Shown: one piece after another, positions 37,971 to 48,200 of the stretch | Layout: each line of letters starts with the position of its first letter | Numbering within the stretch: the first letter of the stretch is position 1 | Source: a virus | Virus genome (UHGV): UHGV-0129253 | DNA length: 64,000 bases | Strand: one strand, 5' to 3' | Translations under genes and position numbers: made by a program | Notes under the pieces: model-generated | Database searches by the model: none | What the model was told of the DNA's origin: nothing | The model's input: only the letters and a program-made list of their open reading frames with translations

Positions 37971-38306
37971 ATGGAAAGACAAACGTTTAATTGGTATCCA
38001 GATTACGAATCTGAAAAGAGCGTAAAACCGAATGTAACGGTACTTAATTTTGGTGATGACTACGAGCAGCGACAGGCTCAAGGTCTTAATCGTATTAAAG
38101 AAGAATGGTCGTTAACCTTTACCAGATCATACAACGAAATTAATGCAATCGATGACTTCCTGACTGAGCGAGCAGGCGTTGAGTCGTTCTATTGGGTTAA
38201 TCCAAGAGGAAAACGGATTGTAGTTGTATGTGACAGTCATACGGTCAAGCGATATCAGGGGTACTGTGTCTTAACTGCTACATTCAGACAAGTATTTGAG
38301 GCTTAA
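37971..38306 (+). CDS. Minor tail protein (lambda M-like)
   Basis: 111 aa; FGDDYEQR...GLN resembles lambda gpM. Confidence 0.6.
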   Translation: MERQTFNWYPDYESEKSVKPNVTVLNFGDDYEQRQAQGLNRIKEEWSLTFTRSYNEINAIDDFLTERAGVESFYWVNPRGKRIVVVCDSHTVKRYQGYCVLTATFRQVFEA

Positions 38307-38312
38307 GTATCT

Positions 38313-38335
38313 GGATAAGTAAGTACTAATTTACT
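38313..38335. promoter_or_regulatory. Late-type motif GGATAAGTAAGTACTAATTTACT
   Basis: Between M-like and L-like genes. Confidence 0.35.
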
Positions 38336-38388
38336 ATCATTGTGGCGCTGACAGGATGTTAGCGCCTACTTATTTCAAGGATGAAACA

Positions 38389-39087
38389 ATGGGAATTAAA
38401 GCTGATATTCAGAGCTTATCTCCCTCTGCACTCATTGAGTTGTTCGTACTGGATATGTCGAACACAACTTCAGGGGGGAAGTTATTCTTCCACGCCGGAA
38501 CAAACGAACTGATGCAACCTGTCGTCTGGCAAGGAGTGACATACGAGCCGTGGCCAATCAAAGCATCAGGCTTTGACAAAACTGGCCAGGGAACGTTGCC
38601 ACGTCCAAAAATTCAGGTATCGAACTTTGCCGGAACCGTCTCTGCGGAAGTTCAGGCGAACGACGATCTTGTTGGCTGCCGCATTATTCGCAAGATGACG
38701 CTGGCTCGCTTCCTCGATGCCGTTAATTTTAAAGACGGCAACCCAACAGCAGATCCAAACCAACATTTCCCGGATGAAATGTGGTTTATCGAACAGAAAA
38801 CTCTCGAAACTCATCAGGTTGTCGAGTTTGAATTGTCCAGTGTGTTCGATTTGATGGGGGTGCAACTGCCGTATCGTCAGATCATTAAAAACACCTGCCC
38901 GTGGAAATACCGAGGGCCAGAATGCGGCTATACCGGTCCATATTTCGACAAAAATAACCAGCAGACGTCTATGTCTGGTGCTGATTACTGCACAAAACGT
39001 TATGACGCCTGTAATGCGCGTCGGAATTATTTTGCCAACGGAGTGATCCATTTTGGCGGGTTTATTGGAGCTACGCGATATGGGTAA
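38389..39087 (+). CDS. Minor tail protein (lambda L-like, Cys cluster)
   Basis: RFLDAVNF and CPWKYRGPECGYTGP...C..C match lambda gpL signatures. Confidence 0.8.
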   Translation: MGIKADIQSLSPSALIELFVLDMSNTTSGGKLFFHAGTNELMQPVVWQGVTYEPWPIKASGFDKTGQGTLPRPKIQVSNFAGTVSAEVQANDDLVGCRIIRKMTLARFLDAVNFKDGNPTADPNQHFPDEMWFIEQKTLETHQVVEFELSSVFDLMGVQLPYRQIIKNTCPWKYRGPECGYTGPYFDKNNQQTSMSGADYCTKRYDACNARRNYFANGVIHFGGFIGATRYG

Positions 39088-39877
39088 TAAAGCAATCCCT
39101 GAGCTTGGCTCTGATGTTATGCAGCAAATCTATCTCTGCGCCATAAATCGCTACCCTAATGAAGCGTGTGGCTTTCTGGTGAGAACTAATGGCGACAAAT
39201 ATCGCTTTATGGAAGCGCGAAATGTTTCGGAGAACCCGCAGAACACTTTTGTAATGCACGTTGACGACATTATGGCGGCGGAGGATGCAGGTGACGTAAT
39301 CGCAATCTGGCATTCACATACTGATGAATCAGCAGAAGCATCTGATGCCGATCGTGCAGGCTGTGAAGCGACGGAAGTTCCGTGGATGATTCTGGCTATT
39401 CGCAAGAATGTTGAGGGAGATGCCCCTTTCCATTTTAGCGAGATGAATGTGATCACACCTGATGGTTTCGAAATGCCATACCTGGGTAGACCGTATGTAT
39501 TTGGCGTATTCGATTGCTGGATGTTGTGTCGGGACTATTTGAAGCGTGAGTTTAACGTCGAGCTTAACCCGAACGCACACCTGCATATTCCATCGTGGTA
39601 CACCGGCGATAACGACATTCTCGACCAGAACTACCGAAACGAGGGATTGGTACGGCTTGCGCCTGGAACAGAGCCTCAACGTGGGGACGTCTTCTTTATT
39701 CAATACGGGAAAATGCCAGATCACTGCGCGGTTTATATCGGCGATGGAATGATTCTTCATCACCAGATCGACCGTCTTAGTTGTCGTGCTTATTACGGCG
39801 GAATGTATCAGAAACATACGACGCATCACTTGCGTCACAGAGACTTGCTCAAGGGAGATGAGACGTGTCTGAGTTAG
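39080..39877 (+). CDS. Tail tip assembly protein (lambda K-like, JAB/MPN plus NlpC/P60)
   Basis: ACGFLV... and HSH(T)DESAEASDAD JAB-like motif; start choice between 39080 and 39119 uncertain. Confidence 0.75.
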   Translation: MGNKAIPELGSDVMQQIYLCAINRYPNEACGFLVRTNGDKYRFMEARNVSENPQNTFVMHVDDIMAAEDAGDVIAIWHSHTDESAEASDADRAGCEATEVPWMILAIRKNVEGDAPFHFSEMNVITPDGFEMPYLGRPYVFGVFDCWMLCRDYLKREFNVELNPNAHLHIPSWYTGDNDILDQNYRNEGLVRLAPGTEPQRGDVFFIQYGKMPDHCAVYIGDGMILHHQIDRLSCRAYYGGMYQKHTTHHLRHRDLLKGDETCLS

Positions 39878-40458
39878 TTCATGTGCAGCTTGGCGGCCCT
39901 ATGGCCAAACATTTTGGCCGCCACTGGCATCTAAAGGTGCGCAATACAAAACAGGCTCTGGATTTAATTGAGGCCAACAAGCCTGGGTTTAAAGCATGGA
40001 TGAAGCGCAATATAAAAACCTATGACCGTTACCACATCCAGATCACCAATAAACAGGGCCACAAGTGGTCTGTTGACGAAAGTGAATATCAGATGATGGG
40101 GCAGTCTGACAACATTGCCAAAATCCGCATTACACCTGTTCCGCGAGGAAGCGGTGGATCTGCTTTTGGGTGGTTTCAGACGGTAGTAGGGGCCGCTTTG
40201 TTGGTTGTATCGGCGGTAGTGATGCCTGCTTTAGCACCTCTCGGTTTGTCACTGATGATGGGCGGCATATCACAAATCATATCGCCGCAAGCCACTAACG
40301 AAAGTGTGAGACAGGCAGATAACTCGAACTCTTATTATTTCGACGGCCCTCAAAATACAGAAAACCAGGGCAACCCAGTACAACTTATCTATGGCGAGGA
40401 AATTCTGGTTGGCTCACAGGTTGTGAGTTCTTCAATCACGATTGACCAGCTAATGTAA
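39865..40458 (+). CDS. Tail assembly protein (lambda I-like)
   Basis: VPRGSGGSA, hydrophobic segment, LIYGEEILVGSQVVS resemble lambda gpI. Confidence 0.75.
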   Translation: MSELVHVQLGGPMAKHFGRHWHLKVRNTKQALDLIEANKPGFKAWMKRNIKTYDRYHIQITNKQGHKWSVDESEYQMMGQSDNIAKIRITPVPRGSGGSAFGWFQTVVGAALLVVSAVVMPALAPLGLSLMMGGISQIISPQATNESVRQADNSNSYYFDGPQNTENQGNPVQLIYGEEILVGSQVVSSSITIDQLM

Positions 40459-40475
40459 ACAAGGATTTTTTGAAC

Positions 40476-43400
40476 ATGGAACAGTTCAAGAAGAAAAAGC
40501 TACCGCTGTTTATTGCCGGTGCGGGTGGTAAAAAAAGCAGCAAAAGCTCCAGCCGTACACCGGTTGAAGCCGACGATACCGTAAATTCTCGTGCAATGGC
40601 CGCTATCCTCGATCTTCTTGGGGAAGGGGTAATTGGCGGCTTAGTAAATGGCGCAAGATCTATTTTTATCGACGATCTGCCGATTGTAAATGAAGACGGT
40701 TCCTCCAACTTCAGCGGAATCACATGGGATTTTCGCGACGGTTCACAAGACCAGACTCCAATGTCTGGCTTTGATTTCGTTGAAACGCCTAAATCCGTCA
40801 ATATCCAGTTAAAAAAAACACATTATGTAACGGTTTCAATCGATAACGATGAAGCTGATCGGGTTCGTGTCATCATGAAGTTTCCTTCTTTGCGAAGCAT
40901 AGATAAAAAAACTGGTGACACGAACGGTACGACTGTTGAGTACAAGTTCCAGATAGCAAATGGCGACTCAACATTTGTAGATGTGGTCGCTGAAGGTGAA
41001 AAAAGCGTTGGCATTAAGCTAACAGCAAAGAAGACCGGCGTTTATTACCGTAGCTATGAGCTGAAGCTGCCTAAGCCTGGACGAGCATACAAGGTTCGTG
41101 TGGTCCGTATTACCGATGATAACAGCAGCCAGTATCTCTATAACGATACATGGGTGGACTCAATAGGTGAGATTGTAGATACACCGATGAACTACCCAAA
41201 CTCTGTGCTGGTGGGTCTGAAGGTTAATTCTGAGCAGTTTGGTAGCACCATGCCATCTCGTTCGTATTTGGTACGTGGATTAAAAATTCGCGTGCCGTCA
41301 AACTACAACGAGGCCAGCAACACTTATGATGGTGTATGGGATGGCACTTTTAAGCTGTTGTCTTCTTCAAACCCCGCGTGGATTCTCTTTGATTTGCTGA
41401 CCAATGCTCGATATGGCCTTGGTCAGTATGTGTCGGAATCTATGATTGACCTTGGCCAGTTGTACCAGATTGGTCGATATTGTGACGAAGAGGTCGATGA
41501 TGGCTTTGGTGGCAAAGAGAAACGCTTTGCAATCAATACGCAGATCACCAGTCGACAGGACGCATACCGGCTAATTCAGGATATTGCCGGAGCATTCCGC
41601 GGCATGGTGTTTTGGGCTGGTGGGATGGTCAACATCATGCAGGATAGCCCATCAGATCCGGTAATGATGTTTACCAACTCTAACGTCAAAGATGGATTGT
41701 TTACCTATAAAGGTTCTGCGCGTAAAGATCGCCCATCCGTTGCGCTCGTAACCTACAACAACAAGGAGGACGGTTATAAGCAAAACATCGAGTACGTCGA
41801 AGATCAGGACGCAATGCGCCGTTATGGTGAGCGTAAAACAGAAGTCGTAGCATTTGGCTGTACAAGCCGAGGGCAGGCTCACCGAGTTGGTTTGTGGCTT
41901 TTATATACCGCCAGAATGGAGTCGGATGTAATTACATTTACTGCCGGCTTAGACGCGTCATTTCTGATGCCTGGTGAAACCGTTCTGATTCAGAACAAAT
42001 ATCGCGCAGGCAAACGTAACTCAGGTCGAATTGTGGCGTTTACCAAAAACAGCGTCACACTCGATGCGCCTGTGTCGTTAGCCAAAGGCGGCTGCTTTAT
42101 TCGAATACTGAATCAGGAAGGCAAAATCGTTGAACGCGATGTTCTTGAAACTGGCGAAAATATAACAAAAGTTACGTTTTCAAAAGACCTGTCTTCGGCT
42201 GAAACGCCTGTTTTGAACGGCGTCTGGACTATTACAGAACCAGACCTCGAACCTATGCGCGTTCGCATCGTTAACATCGCGCAGGGGGAAACGCCGGGTA
42301 GCTTTGACATCACCGCTGTTGAGAACAATCCGTCTAAATATGAGGCAATCGACAATGGTGCAACGCTGATTCCGCAGAATACGACGGTATTGGACCCAAC
42401 TTACTCCAAGCCATCTAATTTGCAAATCACTGAAGGGACTTATCTCTCAAGCCCGGGCAACCTGTCAGTAAAACTGACTGCAACATGGGAAGGGAAATCT
42501 CCAGAGTATTGGATCAGTTGGCGACGTTCTGATGAAAACAATGTATCGAACTGGCAATCGGCGCGTGTAACCGAAGAGCAATACGAAATCGTTAATGTCG
42601 CGGAGAATGGACGCTACGACTTCCAGCTGTATGCGGTTTCATTCAACGGTAAAAAAACAGAGATTATCAGTGCCGTTTATCAGGTGTTGGGCACAATGAC
42701 ACCGCCGGATTCCCCAACGTCATTAACGGCCGTTGGAGACTATCGTAATGTGATACTGAATTGGGTTAATCCAGATTCGGTAGACCTTGATCACATTAAT
42801 GTTTACGCATCCCAGACCAACAATCTGGATACGGCGAAACTGATCGCAGAGTCTGCAAGCACCACCTTTACACATGCTGGTCTTGGGGATAGCGAAACGT
42901 GGTATTACTGGGTTCGAGCATCGAACAAGCGAGGTATGTTAAGTCCTCCGAACTCAAACTTGGGTACAGAGGCGACAACTCGCGATGTACTGTCGTTCCT
43001 GACTGGCAAAATTACATCTTCCGAGCTTGGTCAGGCTCTGCTTGAGGACATCAACAGCAAAGCCTCTCAAGAAGCAGTTGACGAGTTAAATGAGCATATC
43101 AACCAGAGCGTCGAATCTTTGGAGGGGGCGGTAAACGACGTTAAGGAAGATATAGCTGAATTAGATAAGCAGTTCAGCGATAACCTCGCGGATTTTGAAA
43201 TAAAATTCAACGAGCGTAGCGATGCTTTGGAGAACGCACAAACCGAGCTTAAAGGTGAGGTTTCGGCAACGATTGACAAGGTCAATGAAGCGTTTGAAAA
43301 AATTGATGCTACTGATGCTGCAATTGTTGAAATCGAAAACACCGTATCTGAACACGATAAAGCTCTCGCTAATACAGTCGAGGCAATAAAGGCTGCAAGA

Positions 43401-45203
43401 GATGAAGCGGCGGCTCTTATTGCTAAGGAAAGCGAGGCTCGTGTTGAAGGCGATGCTGCAAACGCTAAACAACTGGAAGTGTTGCAGTCAACGGTAGAGG
43501 AAAGCTCCGCTGCCGTTGAAGAAATGAAAAAGACGGTTGCAGAGGTCGATCGTGCCAGTGCAGAACTGACTACGAACATTGAGGCGTTAGCCAAAACAAA
43601 TATTGACCTGGCTCTTCGTCAAGATGAAGACCAGCACAAGCAGATGGTCAATAACGCGAAGATCGCAACAACACAGAAAACCTTTGCTGATGATATGTCT
43701 GCAATGGCCACGAAGGTTGAGGAAATTCGCGTAGAAATTGGCGAAGACATTAAGGCCAGTATTCTGGAAGAGTCCACCGCTCGTGCCGATGGCGATGAAG
43801 CGTTGGCAAAGCGTGTCACTCAGCTGCAATCTAAGTTTGAAGGAGATATCAGCGCGGCGATTAGTACAGAGCAGGAGGCTCGTACATCTGCCGATGAAGC
43901 TCTGACGACACAGATCACTCAGCTTGAGTCGAAAGTAAGCAACGATATCGTCGCAGCTATTAAGGAAGAACAAGAAGCCCGAGCAACGGAAGATTCGGCT
44001 CTGGCAAGCCAGATCACCCAACTTCAGGCAAAGGTTGATGATGATATTTCTGCTGCAATACGTAGTGAGCAGGAGGCCCGAGCAAGCGGGGACTCTGCGT
44101 TAGCCAAACAAATAAACCAGCTTCAGTCAAAGGTTGACGGTGATATATCCGCTGCCATCACTCAGGAGCAGGAGGCCAGAGCAAGTGCTGACCAGGCGCT
44201 CTCACGAGAAATTAACAGCCTGCGAGCACAAACCGGAACTGATATTGCCGCAGCGGTTGCTGTAGAGACAAAAGCAAGGACTGATGCCGATAGTGCATTG
44301 TCTACCCAGATTACGTCTCTTACAGCAAAAGCTAATGATCTCGAGGCGTCTCTTGCCAGAGAAACAACGGCTCGTGCAGATGGTGATACCGCTTTAACAA
44401 AAGAGGTTTCAAGTTTAAAAGCACAGACAGCGAAAGATATTAGTGCGGCCGTTGCAGTTGAAACGCAGGCTCGAACTGATGCTGACTCGGCGTTGTCGTC
44501 TCAGATCACCAAGCTGACCTCTCAATACAAAGAGGATATTAAAGCGGCTGTAGCAACCGAAACGAAAACGCGTACAGAGCAAGATGCTGCATTGGCGACT
44601 CAAATCACAAACTTAGAGTCTCAAACGGCAGCCAACATTTCCGCGGCGGTAACAACTGAAACGACAGCGAGAACGCAGGCAGATAATGCTCTGAGTGGGC
44701 GAATCGATACTCTGAAAGCAGAGGTGGATGGAAATACCGCGACAATTCAACAGCAGGCAACAGCTATTGCTGATACCAACAAAAAAGTATCAACCGCGTG
44801 GACGTTGAAAATGGAGACTTCAACGAGCGGAGGGCAGAAGTATGTTGCCGGTATTGCGCTTGGTATTGACACCACTGGGCTATCTCAGTTTTTGGTTCAG
44901 GCGGACAGGTTTGGTTTGGTCAACTCTGTTAACGGGAAGATCACAACGCCATTTGTTATCGAAAACAGTATCGCCTATATGAATGGAGCGTATATCAAGG
45001 ATGGCACAATCACCAATGCAAAAGTAGGCGATCTGCAATCTACCAATTTTGTTAGCGGTAGATCTGGATGGCGGTTCGGCAAAAATGGAACGCTTGAGAT
45101 CAACGGTAATAGCGGCGGCAATGGGCGATTGGTTATAAATGGTCAGCGGATTGACGTTTATGACGATAACAACGTCCTACGAGTAAGAATTGGCCGTCTG
45201 TGA
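40476..45203 (+). CDS. Central tail fibre / host specificity protein (lambda J-like)
   Basis: NYPNSVLVGLKVNSEQFG, AFGCTSRGQAHRVGLWL match gpJ; ~1575 aa. Confidence 0.85.
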   Translation: MEQFKKKKLPLFIAGAGGKKSSKSSSRTPVEADDTVNSRAMAAILDLLGEGVIGGLVNGARSIFIDDLPIVNEDGSSNFSGITWDFRDGSQDQTPMSGFDFVETPKSVNIQLKKTHYVTVSIDNDEADRVRVIMKFPSLRSIDKKTGDTNGTTVEYKFQIANGDSTFVDVVAEGEKSVGIKLTAKKTGVYYRSYELKLPKPGRAYKVRVVRITDDNSSQYLYNDTWVDSIGEIVDTPMNYPNSVLVGLKVNSEQFGSTMPSRSYLVRGLKIRVPSNYNEASNTYDGVWDGTFKLLSSSNPAWILFDLLTNARYGLGQYVSESMIDLGQLYQIGRYCDEEVDDGFGGKEKRFAINTQITSRQDAYRLIQDIAGAFRGMVFWAGGMVNIMQDSPSDPVMMFTNSNVKDGLFTYKGSARKDRPSVALVTYNNKEDGYKQNIEYVEDQDAMRRYGERKTEVVAFGCTSRGQAHRVGLWLLYTARMESDVITFTAGLDASFLMPGETVLIQNKYRAGKRNSGRIVAFTKNSVTLDAPVSLAKGGCFIRILNQEGKIVERDVLETGENITKVTFSKDLSSAETPVLNGVWTITEPDLEPMRVRIVNIAQGETPGSFDITAVENNPSKYEAIDNGATLIPQNTTVLDPTYSKPSNLQITEGTYLSSPGNLSVKLTATWEGKSPEYWISWRRSDENNVSNWQSARVTEEQYEIVNVAENGRYDFQLYAVSFNGKKTEIISAVYQVLGTMTPPDSPTSLTAVGDYRNVILNWVNPDSVDLDHINVYASQTNNLDTAKLIAESASTTFTHAGLGDSETWYYWVRASNKRGMLSPPNSNLGTEATTRDVLSFLTGKITSSELGQALLEDINSKASQEAVDELNEHINQSVESLEGAVNDVKEDIAELDKQFSDNLADFEIKFNERSDALENAQTELKGEVSATIDKVNEAFEKIDATDAAIVEIENTVSEHDKALANTVEAIKAARDEAAALIAKESEARVEGDAANAKQLEVLQSTVEESSAAVEEMKKTVAEVDRASAELTTNIEALAKTNIDLALRQDEDQHKQMVNNAKIATTQKTFADDMSAMATKVEEIRVEIGEDIKASILEESTARADGDEALAKRVTQLQSKFEGDISAAISTEQEARTSADEALTTQITQLESKVSNDIVAAIKEEQEARATEDSALASQITQLQAKVDDDISAAIRSEQEARASGDSALAKQINQLQSKVDGDISAAITQEQEARASADQALSREINSLRAQTGTDIAAAVAVETKARTDADSALSTQITSLTAKANDLEASLARETTARADGDTALTKEVSSLKAQTAKDISAAVAVETQARTDADSALSSQITKLTSQYKEDIKAAVATETKTRTEQDAALATQITNLESQTAANISAAVTTETTARTQADNALSGRIDTLKAEVDGNTATIQQQATAIADTNKKVSTAWTLKMETSTSGGQKYVAGIALGIDTTGLSQFLVQADRFGLVNSVNGKITTPFVIENSIAYMNGAYIKDGTITNAKVGDLQSTNFVSGRSGWRFGKNGTLEINGNSGGNGRLVINGQRIDVYDDNNVLRVRIGRL
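43780..44770 (+). repeat. Tandem in-frame ~87-bp repeats (>=10 units) encoding coiled-coil motif (D/S)AL(A/S)xQITxLxSKVxxDISAAIxxEQEAR
   Basis: Read directly in J-like translation. Confidence 0.6.
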
Positions 45204-45234
45204 TGGTGGAAAAAAAATTTTATATCGGTAAAAA

Positions 45235-45254
45235 TAGGTAAGTAATTACTTAAT
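45235..45254. promoter_or_regulatory. Late-type perfect palindrome GTAAGTAATTACTTA
   Basis: Upstream of tail fibre gene. Confidence 0.4.
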
Positions 45255-45296
45255 GGCGGGCAAGGATAACCCGCCAAATCAAGGAGCATATTCAAC

Positions 45297-48200
45297 ATGT
45301 GGTACAGGGAAGGTACTATCACATTTACACAGGGTAGCAATACTCTGGTTGGGGCAGGGACAGCCTGGAACGTAACAGCTAATGGTGTGTTGCCGGGGAT
45401 GATCGTCATTGGCCCCGACAATAAGCTGTATGAGATCAAGCGCGTAATAAGCGATACGAATATTGTTCTCTCAGAACCTTATACCGGCGAAACTCAGTCT
45501 GAAGTTCCGTGCCGAATCATTACGACCTATGAAGGCGACTTAACACAGTTTAGCGCGCGCTTTACTGCGCTAATGTCGCGTATGTCGGCTGATTCCAAGT
45601 CTATGCGCAGTTGGTTGACTGCGCTGGATGAGGTGACAATCGAGCGTGAAGACGGTACAGAAGTGGCCGTTAAGCCGCTGATGCAGATCGTCAACGAGCA
45701 CAACGAAAACGTTGAGTGGTATAAAAATAACACTGACGCGATTGATGCCGCTGGCGACAAAGCTCGTGAGGCGGCGGCCAGTGCTGCCGCAGCGGCAGAA
45801 AGCGCCAATACCGCTGGAGAAAAAGCCTCTCAAGCGTCTCAAAGTGCATCCGCTGCGGCATCCTCACAAAGTGCCGCAAGTGCGAGTGCAACTGCTGCGA
45901 AAAAATCTGAAACGAATGCTGCAGCGTCACAAAAATCTGCAGCCACTTCTGCATCCACCGCGACCACGAAAGCGTCAGAAGCTGCCACCTCAGCCAGAGA
46001 TGCGTCGGCTTCAAAAGAGGCGGCAAAATCATCAGAAACGAGCGCAGCCTCGAGCGCCAGTAGTGCAGCCTCCTCGGCAACAGCGGCAGGCAATTCCGCG
46101 AAGGCGGCAAAAACGTCCGAGACGAACGCCAGGTCTTCTGAAACGGCAGCGGGACAGAGTGCCTCGGCTGCGGCAGGCTCAAAAACAGCGGCTGCGTCGT
46201 CTGCCAGTGCCGCGTCAACAAGTGCCGGGCAGGCCTCAGCCAGTGCCACCGCCGCCGGAAAATCGGCAGAAAGTGCCGCATCGTCTGCTTCAACAGCCAC
46301 AACGAAGGCTGGCGAAGCCACTGAACAGGCCAGCGCAGCAGCGAGGTCTGCTTCCGCAGCGAAGACATCCGAAACGAACGCGAAAGCGTCGGAAACCAGC
46401 GCAGAATCCTCAAAAACGGCTGCCGCATCGTCCGCCAGTTCGGCGGCGTCATCGGCATCATCGGCGTCTGCTTCAAAAGATGAGGCGACCAGACAAGCGT
46501 CCGCAGCGAAGGGCAGCGCCACGACAGCATCCACGAAGGCGACAGAGGCAGCTGGCAGTGCGACGGCGGCAGCACAGAGCAAAAGTACGGCGGAATCCGC
46601 GGCAACGCGCGCCGAGACAGCGGCAAAACGGGCAGAGGATATTGCATCCGCCGTGGCGCTTGAGGATGCAAGTACGACGAAAAAGGGGATAGTACAGCTC
46701 AGCAGTGCGACCAACAGTACGTCTGAAACGCTGGCCGCAACGCCAAAAGCAGTTAAAGCAGCCAATGACAATGCGAATAGCAGGGTGCCATCTAACCGAA
46801 AAGTTAACGGAAAAGCACTGACTGCGGATATAACATTAACGCCGAAAGATATTGGTACTTTAAATTCAGTAACGATGTCTTTCTCTGGCGGGGCTGGGTG
46901 GTTCAAACTGGCTACGGTTACCATGCCACAAGCGAGTTCCATCGTTTACATCGCATTGATTGGTGGCGCTGGTTACAACGTCGGTTCCCCACATCAGGCA
47001 GGCATTTCAGAACTGGTTCTACGAGCAGGCAATGGAAACCCCAAAGGAATTACCGGGGCTTTGTGGAAGCGTACAGCCGTCGGATTAACGAATTTCGCCT
47101 GGATCAACACATCCGGCGATACATATGATATTTACGTTGAGATTGGCAATTATGCGACGAGTGTAAATATCCATTGGGATTGTACTGCAAATGCGTCAGT
47201 TTCTGTTTATACCTCGCCAACATATTCAGCGAGTAAGCCTTCCAGCGTTACCGATGGTGTTGTTTATACGATGTATAGCACACATCAGAAACCGACGCCG
47301 TTAGATATTGGAGCACTGCCAACAACCGGAGGAACAGTTTCAGGTCCGTTGTCTGTTACAGGTGGATTAACTGGTTCATTGAATGGTAATGCAAGTACAG
47401 CCACGAAATTGCAGACGGCAAGATCTATCGGTGGAGTTGTTTTCGACGGTTCTGCAAATATTAATTTGCCAGGTGTTAATACGACTGGTAATCAGAATAC
47501 AACGGGCAACGCTGCAACCGCTACAAAACTACAGACAGCGCGTACAATCAACGGTGTTAAGTTTGATGGTTCTGCGGACATAACGCTGACTCCTGCGAAC
47601 CTTGACGTATACAGCAAAAGCGAAATAGACAATAAAAAAGGGATGAGAAAATACACTTTTTCAGCGCCTGCAAATGCAGTAAGCGGTAAGTGGTATCCTA
47701 TAGTCTTTCGCCGATCTGGAGGCAGTACCGATGAATTAGCCTCACGAGTTGTGATAACTACTTATTCCTCAGCTGGCGGATACGCCATGAATAATTGTGA
47801 ATTTAATGGGTTTGTTATGCCTGGCGGTTGGTCTGATCGCGGTTCATATGCGGCTGGTTTTTTCTCAATATATTCTACTGCTGAGCGAGCTATACACTCG
47901 ATTATTTCAAGTGTGAAAGATGACGATTTGTGTAGTGTATTTTACGTTGAAGCCAGAGCATTCCCTATCAAGATATTTGCTGAGGAGGGCTTGAACGTAA
48001 TTGTTCCAACGGCTGATTATGCAGTTGGTCAAACCACTTATAAGTGGGGGGCAACTGATCCTTTATCAGAAAGTACGAATGCACAGATAATTTTGGACTT
48101 TAAAAATGGACGAGGTTATTACTGTTCACATCCATTTATTTCAAGTCTTTCAGGAAATGCTGCTACAGCAACGAAATTGCAGACTGCAAGAACTATCGGC

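Noticed and set aside
43067-44021. Minus-strand ORFs (175, 144, 103 aa) in the J-like repeat region, and the question of a CRISPR array
   Set aside because: The periodic sequence is an in-frame protein-coding tandem repeat inside a long ORF, not short repeats separated by unique spacers; no cas genes are present.
45527-46942. Long alternative-frame and minus-strand ORFs (up to 367 aa; Arg/Pro-rich or poly-Ala) inside the tail fibre gene
   Set aside because: They coincide with the GC-rich Ala/Ser-coding repeat of the tail fibre; such repeats keep several frames open. The tail fibre frame is the one with recognisable domains.
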